From: Demequinaceae bacterium | GTDB lineage: Bacteria > Actinomycetota > Actinomycetes > Actinomycetales > Demequinaceae | Direction: 5' to 3' | Length of the DNA: 32,000 bases | NCBI GenBank assembly: GCA_965250005.1 | Contig: OZ252279.1 | Span: 1,440,001-1,472,000 of the forward strand | In this document: piece by piece, positions 1 to 7,124 of the stretch | Numbering within the stretch: the first letter of the stretch is position 1 | Layout of the letters: each line of letters starts with the position of its first letter | The notes under the pieces: model-generated | What the model was told of the DNA's origin: nothing | Seen by the model: only the letters and a program-made list of their open reading frames with translations | Databases searched by the model: none | Position numbers and translations under genes: made by a program

Positions 1-1092
1 GCATTGGCGATTCTCATTCTTATGGCCCAGGTACCGCACCTGACGAGCGTGCCCTGGGCTGTATATGCAATGGCAGCGGCGGGACTGATCGTGATCGCAT
101 TCTTGCCGCGAATCACCACGGTCGTTCCCGCGCCGCTGGTGGCGATCGTGGGCATCACCGTGATTACTGTGGTCTTCGCGATTGCTGTCCCAACGGTCGG
201 GGACGAGGGGACGCTACCCGACGGGCTGCCGACGCTGCTCTTCCCGGACGTTCCGCTGACCTCCGAAACGCTGAACATCATCTTCCCCTTCGCGATGGGC
301 GTGGCCCTCGTCGGCCTGCTGGAATCGCTCATGACGGCCAAGTTGGTTGACGACATCACGGACAACCACTCTGACAAGACTCGCGAGGCGTGGGGTCAGG
401 GCGCAGCCAACATCATCACCGGATTCTTTGGTGGCATGGGCGGTTGCGCGATGATCGGCCAGACCATGATCAACGTCAAGGCGGGACGCGCACGCACGCG
501 CCTGTCGACCTTCATGGCAGGCGTGTTCCTGCTAGTCCTGGTGGTCGCGTTGGGCGACGTCGTCGCGATGATCCCGATGGCGGCGCTTGTGGCCGTCATG
601 ATCTATGTGTCATGGGCCACGTTCGACTGGCATTCGATTCAAGTCGCGACGCTTCGCCGGATGCCCAAGTCCGAGACGATGGTGATGGTCGCCACCGTCG
701 TCACCGTCGTGATTACGCACAACCTCGCTATTGGAGTGTTGGTCGGCGTGGTGCTTGAAATGATCATGTTCGCTCGCCGCGTCGCGCACCTCGCTCAGGT
801 GGATGGCGTCCTCGAGGCTGACGGCGCTATCAAGCGCTACCGCGTTACTGGAGAGTTGTTCTTCGCCTCTTCCAACGACCTCTTCAGCCAATTCGAGTAC
901 GGAAGCGACCCCGCTCACGTCGTCATTGACCTTACGGAGTCGCATGTGTGGGATGCGTCGACTGTTGCTGCTCTTGACTCGGTGATCACTAAGTACGAGC
1001 GCCGCGGCATCACCGTCGAGCTCCAGGGACTTAACGACACGAGCATGGACATGCGCGACCGCCTGGCAGGCCATCTGGCTGGAAGCCATTAG
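1..1092 (+). CDS. SulP family inorganic anion transporter with C-terminal STAS-like domain, 5'-truncated by window start
   Basis: Open frame continues to base 1; multiple TM helices; GGMGGCAMIGQTMINVKAGRARTRLSTFMAG resembles the conserved SulP region; cytosolic C-terminal STAS-like segment (VVIDLTESHVWDASTVAALDSVITKYERRG). Confidence 0.9.
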   Translation, partial: ALAILILMAQVPHLTSVPWAVYAMAAAGLIVIAFLPRITTVVPAPLVAIVGITVITVVFAIAVPTVGDEGTLPDGLPTLLFPDVPLTSETLNIIFPFAMGVALVGLLESLMTAKLVDDITDNHSDKTREAWGQGAANIITGFFGGMGGCAMIGQTMINVKAGRARTRLSTFMAGVFLLVLVVALGDVVAMIPMAALVAVMIYVSWATFDWHSIQVATLRRMPKSETMVMVATVVTVVITHNLAIGVLVGVVLEMIMFARRVAHLAQVDGVLEADGAIKRYRVTGELFFASSNDLFSQFEYGSDPAHVVIDLTESHVWDASTVAALDSVITKYERRGITVELQGLNDTSMDMRDRLAGHLAGSH

Positions 1093-1235
1093 GCGGAACC
1101 GCCCAGGGAGCACGCCTACACCGTTGATCGTTGACACCCCGAACGGCGCTGTCAATGTCACGATCGGGCAGAGTCCGTGGCTGTTCGGGATAGTCTGTCT
1201 GCAGAAAGCGCGCATGCGCTGAACGAGGAGAAGTC

Positions 1236-2177
1236 ATGAACGCGGAAAACCCGGCCAACCCGGGACCGACGGAGGCGTTCCAGCCCCCGCCAGCTCGCCC
1301 GGTGGCCCCGGCACCGACACAACCCGTTGCTGGCGCGCCTGCGCAGTTCCCTCCGAGCGTCCGACCGACCGCGCAACAGCCATCGCAACAGCAACCGGTG
1401 GCGAGCGCTGCGGGCCAGCAAGGCACCGGGGGCGCCGCGCGACCCCCCGCACAACGGCCGGCGCACCCCGGCACACCTCAAGTCGCACCCCCGCCTCCGC
1501 AGGCCGCTCCGGCCACCGGGGCGCAGCCAGCCCCAGCGCCTAGGACGGGCGCGATTCAGCCGTCACGCACGCAGCCGGTACCCGCCGCCCAGCCGGGCAA
1601 GCCCGCGCAACCGACACCCGGCGCACAACCGACGACAACCCAGACCGGAACCGGGCCGCGACGCGCGACGTTTAAGACCACGGGATCAATTAGGACAACG
1701 CAGGCCGAGGTCAAGGAAGAGCCCAAGAAGAGCCGGTTTGCCGCGCTGGCGAACCTGGGCCGCGGCGACAAACAGGACGTGACCGACACTGAACCCAAGC
1801 GTTCTCCCAAGGGTGGACCCCGCAAGGTTCGCGTGATGGTGAGGAGCGTCGACCCGTGGTCGATCATGAAACTCGCGTTCCTGCTCGCGGTCTCTGCGGG
1901 AATCATGTTCGTGGTTGCCGTGAGTATCGTTTGGGGCGTACTCAACAATATGGGCGTGTTCGACCAGATTCAGGAGCAAATCACGACGCTCTTTGGCGGC
2001 GAGACGGAAGTCGATCTGCTGCAGTTCTTCGACTACAACAAAGTGATGTCCGCTGCGGTGCTTCTGGGTGTATTCAACACCGTAATCTTCACGGCTCTCG
2101 GTACCATAGGCGCGCTCCTGTATAACGTCGTAGGCAAGATGATCGGTGGCATCTACGTCACGCTGACGGACGACTAG
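1236..2177 (+). CDS. DUF3566 domain-containing transmembrane protein with long Pro/Gln/Ala-rich N-terminal region
   Basis: C-terminal part RKVRVMVRSVDPWSIMKLAFLLAVSAGIMFVVAVSIVWGVLNNMGVFDQ...GTIGALLYNVVGKMIGGIYVTLTD is typical of DUF3566; RBS-like GAGGAGAA upstream of ATG; adjacent tRNA-Ile/Ala synteny. Confidence 0.88.
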   Translation: MNAENPANPGPTEAFQPPPARPVAPAPTQPVAGAPAQFPPSVRPTAQQPSQQQPVASAAGQQGTGGAARPPAQRPAHPGTPQVAPPPPQAAPATGAQPAPAPRTGAIQPSRTQPVPAAQPGKPAQPTPGAQPTTTQTGTGPRRATFKTTGSIRTTQAEVKEEPKKSRFAALANLGRGDKQDVTDTEPKRSPKGGPRKVRVMVRSVDPWSIMKLAFLLAVSAGIMFVVAVSIVWGVLNNMGVFDQIQEQITTLFGGETEVDLLQFFDYNKVMSAAVLLGVFNTVIFTALGTIGALLYNVVGKMIGGIYVTLTDD

Positions 2178-2228
2178 GGTGAGCCAAGACGGACGCGCGA
2201 ACGAGCGAGTTTGAGTCGCCTCCCTGCG

Positions 2229-2257
2229 TTGGGGTATTGTCGGACGCCGCAGATAAT
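2229..2257 (+). promoter_or_regulatory. Putative promoter for tRNA-Ile: TTGGGG-N17-GATAAT
   Basis: -35-like hexamer at 2229-2234, 17-nt spacer, -10-like hexamer at 2252-2257, 6 nt before the tRNA 5' end. Confidence 0.55.
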
Positions 2258-2263
2258 TTGCAC

Positions 2264-2338
2264 GGGCCCATAGCTCAGCTCGGTTAGAGCGCTTCACTGA
2301 TAATGAAGAGGTCGGAGGTTCAAGTCCTCCTGGGCCCA
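2264..2338 (+). tRNA. tRNA-Ile (anticodon GAT)
   Basis: Acceptor GGGCCCA (2264-2270) pairs with TGGGCCC (2331-2337); anticodon arm CTTCA-CTGATAA-TGAAG; T-arm with GGTTCAAGTCC. Confidence 0.95.
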
Positions 2339-2352
2339 CAAGGATGGTGAAC

Positions 2353-2478
2353 ATGAAGAAAGCGATGATCGCGCTAGGCGCGGTTGCTGCAATCGTCGTG
2401 GTTGCTGCCGCAGTTAGGATTGTGCAGAAAAATACGGATCGTGACATCTGGGACGACGTCCTTGATGGGCCGGTCTAG
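2353..2478 (+). CDS. DLW-39-like small protein (41 aa), absent from the supplied ORF track
   Basis: ATG...TAG encodes MKKAMIALGAVAAIVVVAAAVRIVQKNTDRDIWDDVLDGPV: N-terminal TM segment and acidic D-[LI]-W motif; RBS-like AAGGATGG; located next to tRNA-Ile/Ala as usual for this family. Confidence 0.75.
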   Translation: MKKAMIALGAVAAIVVVAAAVRIVQKNTDRDIWDDVLDGPV

Positions 2479-2505
2479 TACGCAGGGAATGTAGCGGTAC
2501 TGCTC

Positions 2506-2578
2506 GGGGCCTTAGCTCAATTGGTAGAGCGCCTGCTTTGCAAGCAGGAGGTCGGGGGTTCGATTCCCCCAGGCTCCA
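2506..2578 (+). tRNA. tRNA-Ala (anticodon TGC)
   Basis: Acceptor GGGGCCT pairs with AGGCTCC (one G-U); anticodon arm CCTGC-TTTGCAA-GCAGG; T-arm GGGGGTTCGATTCCCCC. Confidence 0.96.
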
Positions 2579-2592
2579 CAAGTCGAGAATGA

Positions 2593-2624
2593 GTACGGGC
2601 CCGGCCGATCGGCCGGGCCCGTAC
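2593..2624. terminator. Perfect 32-bp palindrome, candidate bidirectional terminator between tRNA-Ala and the convergent reverse gene
   Basis: GTACGGGCCCGGCC-GATC-GGCCGGGCCCGTAC is identical to its reverse complement; followed by CGTTTCT. Confidence 0.7.
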
Positions 2625-2654
2625 CGTTTCTAGATTGCGGCTTCGGCTAGTTGG

Positions 2655-3641
2655 CTAGGATTTCTTGGTGCCGGGCTTCTTAGCGGCCGGCTTCTTGGTG
2701 CCGGGCTTCTTAGCGGCCGGCTTCTTGGCGGCGGCCTCGTCAACCGCGCCGTCGTCACCCCAGACGTCCTCGAGGTCATCGATCGCTCGCTCGACCTCGT
2801 CAGCCGCTCGTTCGCGCGCAGTCTTGACGCGCCCCCGAACAGCGGAGGCAGCGGGGCCGGCCTGTTCGCGCACGCGCCGCGCCTCAGAGACAGCGGCTTC
2901 ACGGAGCTTCTTCGCCGCGGGCCCCGCCTCTTCCCGTACTTTGTGGGCGCCAGCGACCGCAGAGTCACGGGCCTTGCGAGCAAGCGGACCGGCCTCTTCC
3001 TTCACACGTTGAGCCGTTGGGCCGGCTGCCTCGACAACCGCCGCGACCGCCGCACCAGCAGCGGTGACGACAACATCGCTCGCATGACGGATGGTGTCCT
3101 CGGCGCTGTCGAGAGCGTGGTTGATGGACGTCCGCGCACGTGCAGCGCGGACCCGCTGCTCGCTCTTGAACTCCCACTCCTCGTCTCCTTCTGCCCAGTG
3201 TTCGGTCTCCGGATCACGCTTGGCCCACACGACTACTGCGGCGCCAGCGGCTGCGACGACAGCGAGAGGGATGATCACAGCGCCCCAGTTGAAGGCGCGT
3301 TCGTCTTCTTCAGTTTCTTCGCCAGCATGGCGTACCGCGCCGACTACTGCAGGAATGACTGAGCCAACGATCGCCGCGTGCACGGCATCGGCGAAATTTT
3401 CGGCACGTCCACCAGCGGCGGAAACGTATGGAGCGGCTTTGCGGGCGCCTTTCCGATAGGCCTTGCGGGCACGCGGCTCAACCCAATCGTGTGCGGCGTC
3501 GTAGCGAGGCTCTGCCCACTCCTGTGCGCGGCGGGCGGCGTCACGAGCGGCTTCTGCGCTGTGGCGCGCCTGCTCGCGAATTGCCTCCGAGTCAACGTGG
3601 TCCCGCAACTCCCGTGCGCGGTCCCGATAGCGTCCAAACAT
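2655..3641 (-). CDS. Single-pass membrane protein with Ala/Arg/Glu-rich helical regions and histone-H1-like C-terminal tail (possibly DUF5324-like)
   Basis: 328 aa, AGGAGG RBS at 3647-3652; TM segment WGAVIIPLAVVAAAGAAVVVWAKR; tail AAAKKPAAKKPGTKKPAAKKPGTKKS. Confidence 0.8.
   Translation of the reverse strand: MFGRYRDRARELRDHVDSEAIREQARHSAEAARDAARRAQEWAEPRYDAAHDWVEPRARKAYRKGARKAAPYVSAAGGRAENFADAVHAAIVGSVIPAVVGAVRHAGEETEEDERAFNWGAVIIPLAVVAAAGAAVVVWAKRDPETEHWAEGDEEWEFKSEQRVRAARARTSINHALDSAEDTIRHASDVVVTAAGAAVAAVVEAAGPTAQRVKEEAGPLARKARDSAVAGAHKVREEAGPAAKKLREAAVSEARRVREQAGPAASAVRGRVKTARERAADEVERAIDDLEDVWGDDGAVDEAAAKKPAAKKPGTKKPAAKKPGTKKS
2662..2721. repeat. Two exact tandem copies of a 30-bp unit encoding the cationic tail repeat
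   Basis: ttcttggtgccgggcttcttagcggccggc at 2662-2691 and 2692-2721, followed by a partial third copy. Confidence 0.93.
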
Positions 3642-3730
3642 GATGTCCTCCTGATCTGCGGGGGTTCCCCGCTACTACCCATCGTGCCACCAAGAAAGCG
3701 TCAAGGCCAGGCGCGTGCGAGAATGGGCGC

Positions 3731-4267
3731 ATGATCGCAACCATTGAGACAACCGCCGGAGACATCCGCGTCGAACTTTACGAGAACCACGCTCCGACGA
3801 CCGTGGCCAACTTCACCGGCCTCGCCACCGGCGAGAAGGAGTGGAAGGACCCTATGACGGGTGAACCGAGCCACGAGCCGTTCTACAACGGACTGGTATT
3901 CCACCGCGTGATTTCCGGGTTCATGATTCAGGGCGGTTGCCCTGAAGGCACAGGGACTGGCGGACCTGGCTACAACTTCGACGACGAGATCCACCCGGAA
4001 CTCAGTTTTTCCGAACCGTACTTGTTGGCGATGGCGAACGCAGGCAAGCGCCCCCACCCCGTCACGGGTCAGCCTGCCGGAACTAATGGCTCTCAGTTCT
4101 TCATTACCTTGGGCGCGACTCCGCACTTGACGGGATTGCACACCATCTTCGGCAAGGTCGTGGACGACGAGTCCAAAGCCGTTGTAGACAAGATCGGCGC
4201 GACCTCGGTTGGCCGTAACGACCGGCCGGATGAAGATGTCATGATCACGAGCGTGACGATCGCCTAG
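3731..4267 (+). CDS. ppiA: Cyclophilin-type peptidyl-prolyl cis-trans isomerase
   Basis: FHRVISGFMIQGGCPEGTGTGGPGY and NGSQFFITLGATPHLTGLHTIFGKV cyclophilin motifs. Confidence 0.95.
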   Translation: MIATIETTAGDIRVELYENHAPTTVANFTGLATGEKEWKDPMTGEPSHEPFYNGLVFHRVISGFMIQGGCPEGTGTGGPGYNFDDEIHPELSFSEPYLLAMANAGKRPHPVTGQPAGTNGSQFFITLGATPHLTGLHTIFGKVVDDESKAVVDKIGATSVGRNDRPDEDVMITSVTIA

Positions 4268-4268
4268 C

Positions 4269-5036
4269 GTGACGAATTCTGGTTCGGAGGCGGGTGCTGT
4301 TGCGCCCACGTGCCCGCGCCACCCCGGAATCGTCTCCTATGTTCGTTGCCAACGCTGCGGCCGACCGACCTGCTCAGACTGTCAGCGCGTAGCGCCGGTC
4401 GGCATTCAGTGCGTTGATTGCGTCAAAGAAGCGCAGGGGGCGGCGCGCCCGGTGAGGTCGGCCATTGGCCTTCCCATCCGGCGTGGCCGTCCCGTTCTCA
4501 CGTTCGCGCTGATCATCGTCAACGTCGCGGTGTATTTTGCGGCCCCGATCTTCCTCGGAGCCAGCTGGCGCACGGATCTCGCACTGTTCCCGGCCTTCGC
4601 TGACCTCGAAGTGTGGAGGTGGGTGACGGCAGCGTTCGCCCATCAGGGCATTTTTCACATAGGCGTCAACATGTTCATGCTGTTCCAATTTGGATCGTTT
4701 GTTGAGCCGCTTCTTGGACGCGCGCGCTTCGCCGTGCTCTACGGGATGTCACTGCTGGGGTCCAGTGCTCTGATTGCGATCATGGGAAGCGCAAACTCGT
4801 ATCACTTGGGCGCATCGGGAGCGGTATTCGGCTTGCTGGCCGCCTACGTGATCATCGCGGGTCGCCTTCGGTTGCGCACGCAGTCCTTGATGCTAATGGC
4901 TGGCGCGTGGTTGGTTGCCGGGTTCTTTGTCCCGGGCCTGTCTTGGCAAGGGCACTTGGGCGGGGCTGTCGCGGGCGTGATCGTGACTGCACTGATGCTC
5001 CGGGGGGTTGGCGACAGGAACGGCAAAGGCAACTAG
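4269..5036 (+). CDS. Rhomboid family intramembrane serine protease with N-terminal Cys-rich (B-box-like) zinc-binding motif
   Basis: GASGAVFGLL serine motif and LGGAVAG region containing the catalytic His (WQGHLGG); N-terminus CPRHPGIVSYVRCQRCGRPTCSDCQRVAPVGIQCVDC. Confidence 0.93.
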   Translation: MTNSGSEAGAVAPTCPRHPGIVSYVRCQRCGRPTCSDCQRVAPVGIQCVDCVKEAQGAARPVRSAIGLPIRRGRPVLTFALIIVNVAVYFAAPIFLGASWRTDLALFPAFADLEVWRWVTAAFAHQGIFHIGVNMFMLFQFGSFVEPLLGRARFAVLYGMSLLGSSALIAIMGSANSYHLGASGAVFGLLAAYVIIAGRLRLRTQSLMLMAGAWLVAGFFVPGLSWQGHLGGAVAGVIVTALMLRGVGDRNGKGN

Positions 5037-5100
5037 TTTTCCCCCGGTGTGCACAACTGTGGGGATAACTACACTGGTGTCATTCGCCCGGAGTAGGTAA

Positions 5101-5343
5101 TTACTTCCAGCGCGTAGTCAGCATGAAGCCTGAAATAATCATCACGAAGCCGACGCCAATGTTCCAGTTTCGAATCGGCAGCGGATATTGCGCGCCCGTG
5201 ACGTAGTAGATGAGAATCCACACCACGCCGGCGATCATCAGCGACGCCATGGTCGGCACGAGCCACTTCGGGTTCTCGGACGTCTTGCCCGCTCCACGAG
5301 GAGGGGTGTAGACATTTTTGTTTCGCTTCTTCGAGACGGCCAC
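5101..5343 (-). CDS. crgA: Cell division protein CrgA
   Basis: 80 aa, two TM helices, KKRNKNVYTPP...NPKWLVPTMASLMIAGVVWILIYYVTG and C-terminal GFVMIISGFMLTTRWK. Confidence 0.94.
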   Translation of the reverse strand: MAVSKKRNKNVYTPPRGAGKTSENPKWLVPTMASLMIAGVVWILIYYVTGAQYPLPIRNWNIGVGFVMIISGFMLTTRWK

Positions 5344-5454
5344 GGCGTCCTCTCACGGTCAGGGCGCCCAGGAGGCACCATTGCTGGCCCTAGCGTACCC
5401 AGCGCACGGCGCAAGCGCGACAATCGCTAGAGCCGTCCCGTAGTCTTGGGCGCT

Positions 5455-6318
5455 ATGGCCCACGTGACGATCACGCCAGAATCTCCGCTGCGAGCGCACG
5501 CGCAACAGCGATCGCGCCACTCAGCGGGATTGGTTGGCGGCGCGCAATCACGGCGGTGGAGCGCTTCAGTGCTAGCGGTCATCGGCGAAGTCATGGTTAC
5601 GGCCGGTGCGCTTCTTGGTCTGCTCGTGGTGTGGGAACTTTTTTGGACAGACGTGGGCGCCAACAGAGACCAGGCAAGCTTGGTCTCAGCGCTCGAGGTC
5701 GAATGGGACATTGACACCCTACCGATTCCGGTGCTGGACACGAGCGGCGGTCCGCCGGTCTACGAGGTCACCCCAGCCGACCTAATCCAGCGGACTGATC
5801 CGGCACCGATTCTGGAGGAGCCGCGCATCGCTAAAACTTTCGCCACCATGTATGTTCCGCGCTGGGGTCTCGATTACGTCAAGCCCATAAGCCAGGGGGT
5901 GAGCCGTAGAGCCGTTCTTGACCCCCTGGGAATTGGCCACTATCCCGATACGGCGATGCCGGGCGCCGTTGGCAACTTTGCCGTGGCCGCGCACCGAACC
6001 ACGTACGGGAAGCCATTCGCGGATATTGACCGGCTGCGCGTTGGAGATCCGATTCTCATTCGGACGGAGAACACGTGGTACGTCTACACCGTGACCGAGT
6101 ACGAGATTGTCCGGCCCAACCACGTTTCGTCCATCGCTGTGAACCCGTTCAACCCGGGCGTAGCGCATGACAACCGATACATCACCTTGACGACGTGCCA
6201 TCCAAGATACTCGGCAGTCCAGCGCTACATCGTGCACGGAGAACTCGCGTACTGGGCCCCGACAGGCGAAGGGTTTCCGGCCGAGCTTATTCCCGCCGGC
6301 GCAGAGACGAACAGCTGA
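5455..6318 (+). CDS. Class E sortase
   Basis: One N-terminal TM region; GHRTTYGKPF-equivalent AHRTTYGKPFADIDRLRVGD, catalytic TLTTCHPRYSAVQRYIVHGEL; alternative start at 5446 possible. Confidence 0.9.
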   Translation: MAHVTITPESPLRAHAQQRSRHSAGLVGGAQSRRWSASVLAVIGEVMVTAGALLGLLVVWELFWTDVGANRDQASLVSALEVEWDIDTLPIPVLDTSGGPPVYEVTPADLIQRTDPAPILEEPRIAKTFATMYVPRWGLDYVKPISQGVSRRAVLDPLGIGHYPDTAMPGAVGNFAVAAHRTTYGKPFADIDRLRVGDPILIRTENTWYVYTVTEYEIVRPNHVSSIAVNPFNPGVAHDNRYITLTTCHPRYSAVQRYIVHGELAYWAPTGEGFPAELIPAGAETNS

Positions 6319-6476
6319 TGTACGCGTGGATTTGGCGGACGCTGCCAGGCCCCGTTTGGGTTCGGGCACTTACCTCGCTCGCGCTCGTAGCGGCTTTCAT
6401 CCTGGTGCTTTTCGAATGGGTGTATCCCTGGCTTGCCCCGCTACTTCCCTTCCAGCAGCAGACCATCACGGAGTAA
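6318..6476 (+). CDS. 52-aa single-pass membrane protein, start overlaps the sortase stop by 1 nt
   Basis: TGATG overlap; MYAWIWRTLPGPVWVRALTSLALVAAFILVLFEWVYPWLAPLLPFQQQTITE; not given with this start in the ORF track. Confidence 0.75.
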   Translation: MYAWIWRTLPGPVWVRALTSLALVAAFILVLFEWVYPWLAPLLPFQQQTITE

Positions 6477-6480
6477 TCTC

Positions 6481-7107
6481 ATGGCTCGAATCTTGGTTAT
6501 CGATAACTATGACTCGTTCGTCTACACGATCGTGGGGTACCTGCGCCAGATGGGCGCGGAAACAACGGTGGTCCGTAACGATGCGGTAGAGACAGTTGGC
6601 ATCATTGAGTCGTACGACGGCGTTCTGATCTCGCCGGGTCCCGGTACGCCGGGTGAGGCAGGGTCGTCGAACGACGTGGTCCGCGCCTGTACCGAGTCGT
6701 CTACCCCCATGCTGGGAATCTGCTTGGGGTATCAGGCCTTGGCCGAGGTTTTCGGGGGAGTAGTGTCTCATGCGCCAGAACTCATGCACGGAAAGACCAG
6801 CGAAATCATCCACGCCGGCGCATCGGTCTTGGCTGGACTTCCCACTCCGTTTCAGGCGACTCGGTATCACTCGTTAGCCGTAGAGCCCGAGACCGTGCCG
6901 GGCGAGCTCGACGTGACAGCTCGAACCGAATCCGGAATTATCATGGGGCTGAGCCACAAGACGCTCCCGCTGCACGGCGTGCAGTTTCATCCGGAGTCAG
7001 TGCTCACCGAGGGGGGGCACCGGTTGCTCGCGAACTGGCTCGAGATGTGTGGGATGCCAGACCCCGAAGAGCGGTCCGCGGGACTGTCACCGTTGGTCCG
7101 GCAATAG
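6481..7107 (+). CDS. trpG: Class I glutamine amidotransferase, anthranilate/aminodeoxychorismate synthase component II
   Basis: MARILVIDNYDSFVYT, SPGPGTPGEAG, MLGICLGYQALAEVFGG, VQFHPES; GGAG RBS upstream of 6481 ATG. TrpG versus PabA cannot be decided here. Confidence 0.92.
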   Translation: MARILVIDNYDSFVYTIVGYLRQMGAETTVVRNDAVETVGIIESYDGVLISPGPGTPGEAGSSNDVVRACTESSTPMLGICLGYQALAEVFGGVVSHAPELMHGKTSEIIHAGASVLAGLPTPFQATRYHSLAVEPETVPGELDVTARTESGIIMGLSHKTLPLHGVQFHPESVLTEGGHRLLANWLEMCGMPDPEERSAGLSPLVRQ

Positions 7108-7124
7108 CGCCACTCGCGGCGCTA
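7105..7124. terminator. Dyad TAGCGCC-N6-GGCGCTA at the convergent trpG/polyprenyl-synthase junction, possible bidirectional terminator
   Basis: Perfect 7-bp arms 7105-7111 and 7118-7124; each outer TAG is the stop codon of one gene. Confidence 0.55.

Noticed and set aside
1556-1948. Reverse ORFs opposite the Pro/Gln-rich region of the DUF3566 protein
   Set aside because: Composition-driven shadow frames; the forward C-terminus is clearly a real domain.
2264-2578. tRNA-Ile/tRNA-Ala as integration site of a mobile element
   Set aside because: No integrase, no repeated 3' tRNA end seen downstream, and flanking genes are conserved housekeeping genes.
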